NCBI RefSeq assembly: GCF_000237865.1
Contig: NC_017459.1
Span: 2,010,001-2,042,000 of the forward strand
DNA: 32,000 nt
Direction: 5' to 3'
Origin: Haloquadratum walsbyi C23
Lineage (GTDB): Archaea; Halobacteriota; Halobacteria; Halobacteriales; Haloferacaceae
This document shows, piece after piece, positions 18,099 to 26,931 of this stretch (positions are counted from its first letter, which is position 1; each line of letters starts with the position of its first letter). The notes under the pieces are model-generated. The model worked only from the letters and a program-made list of their open reading frames with translations, ran no database searches and was not told the origin of the DNA. The position numbers and the translations under genes were made by a program.

Positions 18099-21000
18099 AT
18101 GGACGAAGTCGACGACCAGTACACACCGGCGGATGTCGAAACCGCTATTGAGACGTACTGGGACGACACAAACGCATATGAAGCGACGAAAGAAGCACAC
18201 GCTGATGATCCGTCCTTCTTCTTTGTTGATGGTCCGCCATATACATCTGGGCAGATGCATCTGGGAACAGCCTGGAATAAGACGCTCAAAGATGCGATTA
18301 TCCGATATAAACGGATGACCGGACATCATGTTACTGACCGACCAGGTTATGATATGCATGGACTCCCGATTGAAGTCAAGGTTGAAGAGGAACTTGGCTT
18401 TGAGACCAAGCGAGATATCGAAGAATACGGGATGGAGTCCTTTATTGAGGAGTGCAAGCGCTTTGCTGTTGATAATCGCAAAGCAATGGACGAGGACTTC
18501 CAGTCGATTGGTGTCTGGATGGATTGGGATAATCCATATGAAACACTCTCACCAGAGTATATGGAAGCAGCATGGTGGGCGTTTCAACAGGTCGATGACC
18601 GGGGACTGGTTGAGCGTGGCAAACGCTCTGTGAGTTATTGTCCGCGATGTCAAACTGCGATTGCAGCAAATGAAGTTGAATATGATGAGATTACCTCCCC
18701 CTCGATTTATGTTCGATTCCCACTCTCGAATAAAGAGGGAAGTCTTGTTATCTGGACGACGACACCATGGACGATTCCAGCAAATACATTTGTCGCAGTT
18801 GATAAAGATCTAACATATCAGGCTGTTCGTGCAGAACAAGGTGATGATTCAGAGGTACTCTACATTGCTGAATCCTGCGTTGAGGATGTGCTAAAGCAGG
18901 GTCGATATGACGATTACACTGTTGTCGAGGAATATAGCGGTGATGAACTCACAGGCTTGGAATATGACCACCCGCTCGCAGATCAAGTCCAGACATACGC
19001 TGATTTTGCGGGTGCTGGCGAGGTATATACAGCTGAGTATGTTGAGGCTGACCGCACAGGACTCGTTCACTCTGCACCAGGGCATGGACAAGAGGACTTC
19101 GCACGTGGGCAGGAACTCGATCTTGAAACGTTCGTGCCGGTTGATGGCCGTGGTGAGTTCACCGAGGCAGCCGGTCAGTACACTGGGACGTTCGTTCGCG
19201 ATGCAAATGATGAAATTATTGATGATCTCGATGAGGAAGGTGTGTTATTATCATCGGGAACGCATGAACATCGCTACGGACACTGTTGGCGCTGTGATAC
19301 AGACATTATTTTCCTTGCGACTGATCAATGGTTCATTACAGTTACCGATATCAAAGACGAATTACTCGATAATATCAACGACTCAGAGTGGTATCCACAA
19401 TGGGCACGGGATAATCGCTTCCGTGATTTCGTCGCAGACGCCCCAGATTGGAATGTCTCTCGACAACGGTATTGGGGGATTCCATTGCCTATCTGGGAGT
19501 CTGTCGACGATACTGATACTGATACTGGGGATAGCAGCACGTCAGATGATTGGATTGTCATCGGGACTCGTGAGGAGTTAGCCGAACGTGCAGATCAAGA
19601 TGTTAATCCTGCAGAGATTGATCTTCATCGACCAGCAGTTGATCCGCTGACAATCACCGAGAACGGGACCAGATATGAGCGCGTTCCGGACGTCTTCGAC
19701 GTGTGGATTGATTCCTCAGTTGCATCATGGGGGACAATCGATTATCCGGGTGAGACGGATGCATACGATGAATTGTGGCCAGCAGATTTCATCGTTGAGG
19801 CACACGATCAGACACGTGGGTGGTTTTGGTCACAACTCGGCATGGGCACCGCTGCAACGGGACAAGTACCATATGAGGAGGTGATGATGCATGGCTTCGC
19901 GAATGATGAGAACGGTCGGAAAATGTCAAAATCGCGTGGGAATATTGTCACGCCTGAGGAGGCAATTGACCGTGCTGGTCGGGACCCACTTCGAGCATAT
20001 CTGTTAAGTCATGATCAACAGGGTGTTGATCTCTCATTCGAGTGGAATGGGCTTGGTGAGATGCAATCGACATTGAACATTTTCTGGAATGTCTTCCGAT
20101 TCCCACTCCCATACATGGATCTTGATGGATATGATCCTGCTACGGCTGACCTGTCTGAGGGATCAATGAATATTGTTGATGAATGGGTGCTTTCACGATT
20201 ACAGTCAGTCAAAGCAACAACACGAGCTGCATGGGAAGAGTATGAGATTGACACCGCCGTTAATACGATCCTCGAATTCATTACTGGTGACGTCTCACGG
20301 TTTTATATCAAGGCAATTCGTGAGCGGATGTGGGCAGATGAGGATTCGGCATCAAAACGTGGGGCGTATGCAACCCTGAGCACGGTGTTAGATGAGACAA
20401 TTCGGCTGCTTGCACCGATTGCACCATATCTCACAGAGCAGATGTATCAACACCTGAATGGGTCAGAAACAACAGTACACGCACTTTCATACCCGAGCGT
20501 TGACCCAGAATGGCAGAATGAAACACTCGAATCCGAGATGGCGGTACTCAGAGATGTTGAGGAAGCAGCGGCAAACGCACGCCAACAGGGTGGGCGCAAA
20601 CTTCGATGGCCTGTCCCACGGGTGATTGTCGAAGCCGAGGATGACTCGATTGCTGATGCAGTTGAGTCATTATCTGGATTACTTGCAGACCGCGTCAACA
20701 CAGAAGCGATTGAGACGGTCACACAGTTTGATGAACTGATTGAGCGTGCACAACCGGAGATGAGTGTCATTGGTCCGGAGTTCGGAGCAGACGCACAGCG
20801 TGTGATGGACGCTATTGAGGGTGGGTCACGCGAGATACTCACAGAAGGTGTGACAATTGATGGCGAGCAGTATGAGATTACAGATGAGATGATAACCTTC
20901 GATGCTGAGCCACCAGCGTATATTTCGGCTGCGGATTTCGATGGTGGAACAGTGTATGTCGACACATCACTGACCGAATCGATTGAGGCGGAGGGATATG

Positions 21001-21284
21001 CACGGGATGTCATCCGTCGAATCCAGCAGATGCGAAAGGAACTGGCGCTTGATGTCGATACCGAAATTCAAACAGCAGTCGATGTTGCCGACGACCGGGT
21101 GGCTGACCTTGTTGCCCAACAACGCGACGTCGTCGCAACAGAGACACGAACAAACGCATTTGTCGATAATATTGATCGCGCAAGTGAGAACGGACAAGCA
21201 CTCATTGAGGAATGGGATGTCGAAGGCGTTACCGTAACAATCGGTGTTGCCCCGCTCAAAGCACAGCTATCTGATCAGTCGTAA
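18099..21284 (+). CDS. ileS: isoleucine--tRNA ligase
   Basis: 1061-aa class-I synthetase with a HIGH-type motif (PPYTSGQMHLGTAWNK), KMSKS (GRKMSKSRGN), an editing-domain segment (WTTTPWTIPAN) and a zinc-knuckle (CPRC...CWRC). Confidence 0.97.
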   Translation: MDEVDDQYTPADVETAIETYWDDTNAYEATKEAHADDPSFFFVDGPPYTSGQMHLGTAWNKTLKDAIIRYKRMTGHHVTDRPGYDMHGLPIEVKVEEELGFETKRDIEEYGMESFIEECKRFAVDNRKAMDEDFQSIGVWMDWDNPYETLSPEYMEAAWWAFQQVDDRGLVERGKRSVSYCPRCQTAIAANEVEYDEITSPSIYVRFPLSNKEGSLVIWTTTPWTIPANTFVAVDKDLTYQAVRAEQGDDSEVLYIAESCVEDVLKQGRYDDYTVVEEYSGDELTGLEYDHPLADQVQTYADFAGAGEVYTAEYVEADRTGLVHSAPGHGQEDFARGQELDLETFVPVDGRGEFTEAAGQYTGTFVRDANDEIIDDLDEEGVLLSSGTHEHRYGHCWRCDTDIIFLATDQWFITVTDIKDELLDNINDSEWYPQWARDNRFRDFVADAPDWNVSRQRYWGIPLPIWESVDDTDTDTGDSSTSDDWIVIGTREELAERADQDVNPAEIDLHRPAVDPLTITENGTRYERVPDVFDVWIDSSVASWGTIDYPGETDAYDELWPADFIVEAHDQTRGWFWSQLGMGTAATGQVPYEEVMMHGFANDENGRKMSKSRGNIVTPEEAIDRAGRDPLRAYLLSHDQQGVDLSFEWNGLGEMQSTLNIFWNVFRFPLPYMDLDGYDPATADLSEGSMNIVDEWVLSRLQSVKATTRAAWEEYEIDTAVNTILEFITGDVSRFYIKAIRERMWADEDSASKRGAYATLSTVLDETIRLLAPIAPYLTEQMYQHLNGSETTVHALSYPSVDPEWQNETLESEMAVLRDVEEAAANARQQGGRKLRWPVPRVIVEAEDDSIADAVESLSGLLADRVNTEAIETVTQFDELIERAQPEMSVIGPEFGADAQRVMDAIEGGSREILTEGVTIDGEQYEITDEMITFDAEPPAYISAADFDGGTVYVDTSLTESIEAEGYARDVIRRIQQMRKELALDVDTEIQTAVDVADDRVADLVAQQRDVVATETRTNAFVDNIDRASENGQALIEEWDVEGVTVTIGVAPLKAQLSDQS

Positions 21285-21308
21285 TCTAAACGAAAAGCAG
21301 CGCGAGTT

Positions 21309-21691
21309 CCCCGCCCCACCGTGGGCGGGGGTGAAGCTCGTACGCTCGGCTGCGTCCCATTTTTTTAATTGTCGGGACGCCCTACTACAATTTGGAACCC
21401 ACGTTATCGGCCTCGCAAAACCCGCGCACCCATTTTGGGGTAAGACGCGGTGCGCCGGGTCTATGTCGCGCCCATGTGAAGGGGCGGACGCCCACGGACA
21501 CGCCCGCCACGGTAGCAACAGACGACCTCTGTTGCGGTGGCACTTTTGGTGTGTTCGGGTGTTACTGGTTCCACGCGAGTCTCGCCAGAGACGAGCGCGG
21601 GCGGAATTAAAATTCGCCACCGGTCGTTTCGCTGGCTTCCCGCCAGAGACCACGGCGAAGCCACGGGCCACCGCGCCCGTGGTACTTCACC
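21309..21691. ncRNA. GC-rich structured-RNA candidate, class unresolved
   Basis: About 63% G+C by hand count over 21301-21700, against AT-rich flanks. Only basic, Cys/Arg/Trp-rich spurious ORFs cover it. At least seven near-perfect GC hairpins plus a possible closing helix (21330-21336 with 21685-21691). Motifs recur (CCACCG x3, CGCCAGAGAC x2). Strand cues conflict. No RNase P CR-I or SRP helix-8 motif found by eye. Confidence 0.5.
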
Positions 21692-21753
21692 TCGATAGTT
21701 ACGTTATTTCATGTTGAATGTCCTGCGTGTTTGGCGACTGAATTTATCTCAGG

Positions 21754-21783
21754 GTTTGAGGTTTGAGGTTTTGATTTTGGGAG
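21754..21783. repeat. degenerate 7-bp tandem repeat (GTTTGAG GTTTGAG GTTTTGA TTTTGGG)
   Basis: Read directly. Lies about 85-110 nt upstream of the dhaK start. Confidence 0.85.
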
Positions 21784-21796
21784 AGAGGCTATCTGG

Positions 21797-21812
21797 GAAA
21801 TAGTGAAATAGT
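21797..21812. repeat. 8-bp tandem duplication (GAAATAGT x2)
   Basis: Read directly. Lies just upstream of the dhaK TATA-like box. Confidence 0.85.
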
Positions 21813-21831
21813 GAGTGATTCCCCGCGAACG

Positions 21832-21839
21832 TTTTTATA
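21832..21839 (+). promoter_or_regulatory. TATA-like box for a probably leaderless dhaK transcript
   Basis: TTTTTATA is centred about 30 nt upstream of ATG 21866, spacing typical of haloarchaeal leaderless mRNAs. ACACT-N7-AGTGT (21839-21855) lies between the box and the start. Confidence 0.5.
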
Positions 21840-21865
21840 CACTGCAATGTAGTGTTGTATACGTT

Positions 21866-22873
21866 ATGCAGAAGCTCATTAATGACCCTGATAATTATGT
21901 CGATGAGATGCTTGATGGGATGGTCTCAGCATATCCTGAAAGATTGACCCGCGTTGATGATACAAAGGTGCTGACACGAGATAGCCTGATTGATGACAAA
22001 GTCGGGATTGTGACCGGTGGAGGAAGTGGTCATGAGCCGACTCATGCAGGATACATTGGCGATGGAATGCTTGATGGAGCAGCAGCCGGGGAAGTGTTTA
22101 CCTCACCAACCGCTGATGAATTGGATACATTAGCACAAGCCTGTGATACAGGTGAGGGTGTTCTCTGCGTTGTCAAGAATTATGAGGGCGATGTGATGAA
22201 TTTCGATACAGCCGCTGAGATGGCTGAAATTGAGGACGTCACCGTCGAACAGATTGTCGTCGATGATGATGTTGCCGTCGAGGACTCACTCTATACAAGT
22301 GGGAGACGAGGAGTGTGTGGAACAATATTCGTCCACAAGGCTGTTGGGGCAAAGGCAGCCGCAGGAGGGTCACTTGAAGAGGTCGCTGCCGTCGGTGAGA
22401 AGGTAATTGATAATGTTGGGACAATGGGTATGGCGCTTACGTCCTGTGTGACCCCGGCAAAAGGTGAGGAGACATTTGATCTTGGTGAGGATGAGATTGA
22501 ACTTGGGATTGGAATTCATGGTGAACCTGGGACAGAGCGAACTGATCAGCTCAGTGCTGAAGAGGTAGGGACACATCTCACAGAGAACGTGCTTGACGAT
22601 CTTGATCCTGCGGCTGGCACAGAGGTTGCGGTGATTGTCAATGGGATGGGCGGGACCCCACTATCGGAGTTATTCATTGTGAACAATGCCGTCCAGTCGA
22701 CGCTTGAAGCGCATGAGCTTGATACGTGGGAAACGATGGTTGGCGATTATATGACATCACTCGACATGCGTGGGTGCTCTGTTACCGTTTGCACGGTTGA
22801 TGATGAACTCAAAGAGTTGTTTGCTGCGCCCGCTGACACACCAGCACTGACACGGGCTGGCGATGATGAGTGA
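21866..22873 (+). CDS. dhaK: dihydroxyacetone kinase, DhaK subunit
   Basis: DhaK motifs are present (KLINDP.N.VDEMLDG, GIVTGGGSGHEPTHAGYIG.GMLD.AA.GEVF, VKNYEGDVMNF, ELGIGIHGEPG). The listed ORF begins upstream at 21815; ATG 21866 (MQKLIND) is preferred. Confidence 0.93.
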   Translation: MQKLINDPDNYVDEMLDGMVSAYPERLTRVDDTKVLTRDSLIDDKVGIVTGGGSGHEPTHAGYIGDGMLDGAAAGEVFTSPTADELDTLAQACDTGEGVLCVVKNYEGDVMNFDTAAEMAEIEDVTVEQIVVDDDVAVEDSLYTSGRRGVCGTIFVHKAVGAKAAAGGSLEEVAAVGEKVIDNVGTMGMALTSCVTPAKGEETFDLGEDEIELGIGIHGEPGTERTDQLSAEEVGTHLTENVLDDLDPAAGTEVAVIVNGMGGTPLSELFIVNNAVQSTLEAHELDTWETMVGDYMTSLDMRGCSVTVCTVDDELKELFAAPADTPALTRAGDDE

Positions 22874-23609
22874 GGATATTCATGAACGACAGCGACCAGT
22901 TGTTCTTGAGGCAATAAACGCGGTTGCAGACCGTATTGAATCCGAACAAGATCACCTCACTGAGCTAGACTCAGCAATTGGGGATGCTGATCACGGTGCG
23001 AATCTTACACGAGGGTTTAGTTCAGTCCGTGAGGAACTTGAAGAAATAGAGGATGAGCCGATTGATGCGATTGTTAAGGAAGTCGGAACAACGCTCATCA
23101 GTAACGTTGGTGGAGCCTCAGGTCCATTGTACGGGGGAACACTTCTGACAGCAAGTCAAGAGCTTACCGACGGGATTACGGCTGAGTCATCTGTTGCGTT
23201 TGCGGAGGCATATCTTGCAAAAGTGAAAGACCGGGGGGATGCAACGGTTGGCGATAAGACGATGGTCGATACGCTCACTCCTGCAGTCCACACATATAAG
23301 AAATCGATTGAAGAGGATGAGTTACCACCACTGACTGCACTCGCCAAAGCAGTTGATGCAGCCGAGCGAGGTGTTGAATACACTGTGCCACTAAAGGCAA
23401 TGAAAGGGCGTGCATCATTTCTTGGATGGCGCTCTGTCGGTCATCAAGACCCTGGGGCAACCAGTACACTATATATTCTTGAGGAACTACTCGCCGTCGC
23501 TGAAACACATCTTGAGGGCGAGACTGCGGTTGAAGCAGTTGCTGAGAACGTCTCAGAAACAGATGAAAGTGCAGATGATGCTGAAGCGACTGACGCCGAA
23601 CAGAAATAA
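22863..23609 (+). CDS. dhaL: dihydroxyacetone kinase, ADP-binding DhaL subunit
   Basis: DhaL motifs are present (LTELDSAIGDADHGANLTRGF, GGASGPLYG, GDKTMVD). Overlaps the dhaK end by 11 nt. Confidence 0.93.
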   Translation: MMSEDIHERQRPVVLEAINAVADRIESEQDHLTELDSAIGDADHGANLTRGFSSVREELEEIEDEPIDAIVKEVGTTLISNVGGASGPLYGGTLLTASQELTDGITAESSVAFAEAYLAKVKDRGDATVGDKTMVDTLTPAVHTYKKSIEEDELPPLTALAKAVDAAERGVEYTVPLKAMKGRASFLGWRSVGHQDPGATSTLYILEELLAVAETHLEGETAVEAVAENVSETDESADDAEATDAEQK

Positions 23610-24082
23610 TGGTCGGAGTTGTTGTTATATCACATAGTCCGCGCGCAGCGAAGGGAATCCGCGACATCGCTGTCGAGATGGGGAGTAGTGATACTCGCCT
23701 CGTCGTTGCCGGTGGTGATGTTGATGGAGGAATCGGGACAGATCCAAATGCGATTGCTGAGGCAATCACCGAGGCTGCAGGTGTAAATGATGATCATCGC
23801 ACGCAGGAGAATAATACTGAAGCCGGAAGTATAGATGGAGATGACAATCCAACTCAAGGTGAAATAGACGACGTCGTTCTTCTTGTTGATCTTGGCAGCG
23901 CAGTCATGAATGCTGAGTTAGCAATCGAGATGGTTACAATAGATAATACAGTCCATATTGCGGACGCACCTGTGCTCGAGGGAGCGCTCAATGCAACTGT
24001 CGAGGCATCCTCCTCGAAGGCAACCGTCGAATCTGTTGTCGCCGCGGCTGAGGATGCTCGTGAATACTCAAAAATCAATTGA
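23609..24082 (+). CDS. dhaM: dihydroxyacetone kinase phosphotransfer subunit (PTS EIIA-Man-like DhaM)
   Basis: N-terminus MVGVVVISHSPRAAKG fits the EIIA-Man phospho-His loop. The start overlaps the dhaL stop (TAATG). Only the EIIA-like domain is present, with an acidic insertion (about aa 55-90). Confidence 0.85.
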   Translation: MVGVVVISHSPRAAKGIRDIAVEMGSSDTRLVVAGGDVDGGIGTDPNAIAEAITEAAGVNDDHRTQENNTEAGSIDGDDNPTQGEIDDVVLLVDLGSAVMNAELAIEMVTIDNTVHIADAPVLEGALNATVEASSSKATVESVVAAAEDAREYSKIN

Positions 24083-24474
24083 ATTGATAGAACAATATCA
24101 GTATTAGTATCAGTATCATATTACGAATGGTAATAATCCATGATCGAAATTGTTGGTTATCTGAACACTCTTGATTGAGGATTGAAGAGGCTCATCCCGT
24201 GTCTCCCGACTCTGTGGCAGGTCGACAGGCTGCTCATCTCAGCGACCATTGCTAATCTAAGACATGTGTATCTTATTTCACGTACACTGCTTGTGGAGAG
24301 CTCTCGTATATTATCCAATATCAACTATATTATGTCAAGACAATCGTGATTTCATGGGCAAACGCAATCATAATACAGAATATTGCATTCATACTTCGCG
24401 GGTGAATTGACATATGACGAGAGATTGGATAACATAATCGTTAATTGTATTTCCAGTGGGACCTATTACCAAGT

Positions 24475-25728
24475 ATGACGATCCAAACAGATGTTGCAAT
24501 AATCGGCGGCGGAGCGACTGGTGCTGGAATTGCTCGTGATCTCGCACTTCGTGGCGTTGATGTATCACTCTTTGAGCGTGGCGGACTTGGCGGAGGCACC
24601 TCCGGGCGCTCGCATGGATTATTACATAGTGGTGGTCGATACGCAGAGTCTGACCCAATTGGTGCTGAGGAATGCATCCGCGAAAGTCGAATTCTTAGGG
24701 ATATCGCTGAGGGATGTATCCGTGAGACTGGAGGATTATTCGTTCAACTTGAGTCAGATGATCCTGCATACTTCGAGGAAAAACTCGAAGCCTGTAATGA
24801 ACTTGATATTCCGACTGAAACAATTAGTGCTGAGGAGGCACACGAACGCGTTCCCGGGCTAACTGAGGATGTTGAACGGGCATTTACCGTCCCTGATGGG
24901 GTGATCTACCCATCACGACTTGTTGTTGCCAATGCTGCAGACGCTCGTGAACACGGTGCATCAATTCATACACATACCCCTGTTGAGTCGGTCACGACTG
25001 CTAATGGAGAGATAACAGAATTACACGTCGGAGGTGAGATTAACGATACCGTTGAAGCAACACAAATTGTCAACGCTACCGGTGCATGGGCAGAGGTAAT
25101 GGGTGAGGATCTTGGTGTCGATGTCTCAATGCAACCAACGCGTGGAGTGATGATCTCAGTTGAATATGATGGGCTTGACCCAGTTTTGAATCGATGTCGT
25201 GACCCTGATGATGGTGATATTATCGTCCCACACGATGGTGAAGTCGTACTTGGGACAACAAGCGTTGCAGTTGAAGATCCAGATGATTATGAGGAAGCTG
25301 ACTGGGAGGTCGAGCGATCTGTTGATGAATGTGCGGAATTGATCCCGGATATTACAGACGCTCCAGAAGTCCGAACCTGGTGGGGTGTTCGACCATTATA
25401 TGAGCCTGATGAAGATGAGCGCGATGATGGTCGTGGTATCTCACGTGGCTTCTTTGTCATCAATCATGCTGAACGCAACGAACCGGCAAATCTTATTTCA
25501 GTTGTTGGTGGGAAACTCACCACATATCGACAGATGGCAGAGGCAGCAAGTGATCAAATCTGTGCGAGACTTGGTGTTGATGCGTCGTGTGAAACCGATG
25601 AGCGGCCATTACATGCTTCGGATGACCCAGCACAACTTGATGCACTAATCGATGAATTTGATGCAGTCAATCCGACTGATCGAGATATTGTGACTACAGC
25701 CACGCCTGCAGAATCCGCCGCAGATTAA
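24475..25728 (+). CDS. FAD-dependent glycerol-3-phosphate dehydrogenase, GlpA-like (short form)
   Basis: Dinucleotide fold (DVAIIGGGATGAGIARDLALRGVDVSLFER), GTSGRSHGLLHSGGRY and GGKLTTYRQMAE. The listed ORF starts at TTG 24445; ATG 24475 (MTIQTD) is preferred. Ends before the C-terminal BFD-like Fe-S domain expected in GlpA. No glpB or glpC follows. Confidence 0.8.
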   Translation: MTIQTDVAIIGGGATGAGIARDLALRGVDVSLFERGGLGGGTSGRSHGLLHSGGRYAESDPIGAEECIRESRILRDIAEGCIRETGGLFVQLESDDPAYFEEKLEACNELDIPTETISAEEAHERVPGLTEDVERAFTVPDGVIYPSRLVVANAADAREHGASIHTHTPVESVTTANGEITELHVGGEINDTVEATQIVNATGAWAEVMGEDLGVDVSMQPTRGVMISVEYDGLDPVLNRCRDPDDGDIIVPHDGEVVLGTTSVAVEDPDDYEEADWEVERSVDECAELIPDITDAPEVRTWWGVRPLYEPDEDERDDGRGISRGFFVINHAERNEPANLISVVGGKLTTYRQMAEAASDQICARLGVDASCETDERPLHASDDPAQLDALIDEFDAVNPTDRDIVTTATPAESAAD

Positions 25729-25890
25729 GGAAAGATTCGGGTCTACATCTGAGTCAACGAATCGATTTACAGGATCTTCATTTCAGTATGTGAACCATTG
25801 AGATCGTCAGTATTGTTAATTGATTGAGACATATCGCAGAATGGTACTTAAGCGGTGTTTCTTTGTTGATGAGACTCTTTTCGACAGTAT

Positions 25891-26592
25891 ATGTCTACTG
25901 ACGCGGACGCGACAGTTCCGCCACTTGTGCTTGATATCGATGGGACACTCACCGATGCACCAGGGCGATTAGACCCACGTGTTTCAGTATATCTCCAGTC
26001 GTGGGATGCACCGATTGTTCTTGCGACTGGCAAGTCGTTCCCCTATCCAGTGGCTCTTTGTCATTTTCTTGGGATTGAGCAGACGGTGATTGCGGAGAAT
26101 GGTGGTGTCGTTCTTGCTGATGAGACGGTCTCATATCAAGGGGATAGTGAACGAGCACAGGCAGCCGCTAGTGTGTTTGAGGAACGTGGTGGTGATCTTG
26201 GATGGGGTGGCTTTGACGATGTGAATAAATGGCGTGAGACCGAGATTGCTGTTGATCTTTCAGCCGATGAAGAATTGCTTCGTGAGGTTGCCGCGGAGTT
26301 TGATCTGACAGTCATCGATACAGGCTATGCATATCATCTTAAAACACCAGGCGTCGAGAAGGGCGATGGACTCAAAGCCGTTTGTGAGACATTGGAGCTT
26401 GATCCTGACTCATTTGTTGCTATTGGTGACAGCGAAAATGACGTCTCGACATTTGCAGTGGCTGGTCGGTCATACGCCGTGAAAAATGCCGATGACGCCG
26501 CTCAGCGGGCTGCTGATGAAGTACTGGAGAACTCATACTTTGATGGGACCGCATCAGTCCTTGATCGGATTGAGAATAGTGAGACGTCGTAG
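25891..26592 (+). CDS. HAD-superfamily phosphatase (archaeal phosphoglycolate-phosphatase/SPP-like)
   Basis: HAD motif I (LVLDIDGTLTD), motif II (ATGKS) and motif III/IV (K...IGDSEND). Confidence 0.75.
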   Translation: MSTDADATVPPLVLDIDGTLTDAPGRLDPRVSVYLQSWDAPIVLATGKSFPYPVALCHFLGIEQTVIAENGGVVLADETVSYQGDSERAQAAASVFEERGGDLGWGGFDDVNKWRETEIAVDLSADEELLREVAAEFDLTVIDTGYAYHLKTPGVEKGDGLKAVCETLELDPDSFVAIGDSENDVSTFAVAGRSYAVKNADDAAQRAADEVLENSYFDGTASVLDRIENSETS

Positions 26593-26706
26593 GAAATTAT
26601 AAAATAAACTGATAATCACGAATATATCAATTATAGTGATTGTATATCGATTGCGTGATGAATATATACTTAGACCATCAAAATATATACTATTTACAAT
26701 ATCTGG

Positions 26707-26931
26707 TTAGGCTTTCGCGTCTACGTCTACGTCTCCATCTACATCCGAGACAGGGACAAACGCTCCATTGATATCCCATTCATGAATACAGTAGACGCTT
26801 CCAATAGCAGGATTCTCATCCTGTTCAGCGACGTTCCATGTAATCGCGTCATTATTCCAATGCTCGATTCGACCGCAGCGTTCACAGACTCGCTCATCCG
26901 GAGTGTCGATAGGTGAGGTCATAACTCTCAT
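26707..26931 (-). CDS. small HEWD-motif protein with a CxxC knuckle
   Basis: 74-aa acidic ORF with CERCG, IEHWN and CIHEWD motifs, resembling the haloarchaeal HEWD small-protein family as I recall it. The start may be ATG 26922 (MTSPID). Confidence 0.55.
   Translation of the reverse strand: MRVMTSPIDTPDERVCERCGRIEHWNNDAITWNVAEQDENPAIGSVYCIHEWDINGAFVPVSDVDGDVDVDAKA

Noticed and set aside
17896-18318. 140-aa ORF overlapping the ileS start region
   Set aside because: It is a strongly basic peptide rich in Arg/His/Ile. It runs into the well-supported ileS frame and has no motif.
21309-21691. Naming the GC-rich island as RNase P RNA or SRP (7S) RNA
   Set aside because: Size and GC content fit. 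The minus strand has AAAGUGCCAC...CAACAGAGG (reminiscent of RNase P CR-II) and CGGUGG hairpin loops (reminiscent of SRP Alu helix 3). However, I could not find GGAAAGUCC (CR-I), the ACAGAA..CGGCUUA-like CR-V, or the SRP helix-8 GGAA/AGCA motif. A family name would be a guess without a covariance-model search.
21244-21717. 157-aa plus-strand ORF, overlapping 134-aa, 72-aa and 67-aa ORFs, across the GC-rich island
   Set aside because: The peptides are basic and rich in Arg/Cys/Trp/His, with no motifs, which is the opposite of the acidic proteome seen in every credible gene here. Long open frames on both strands are expected from high G+C alone.
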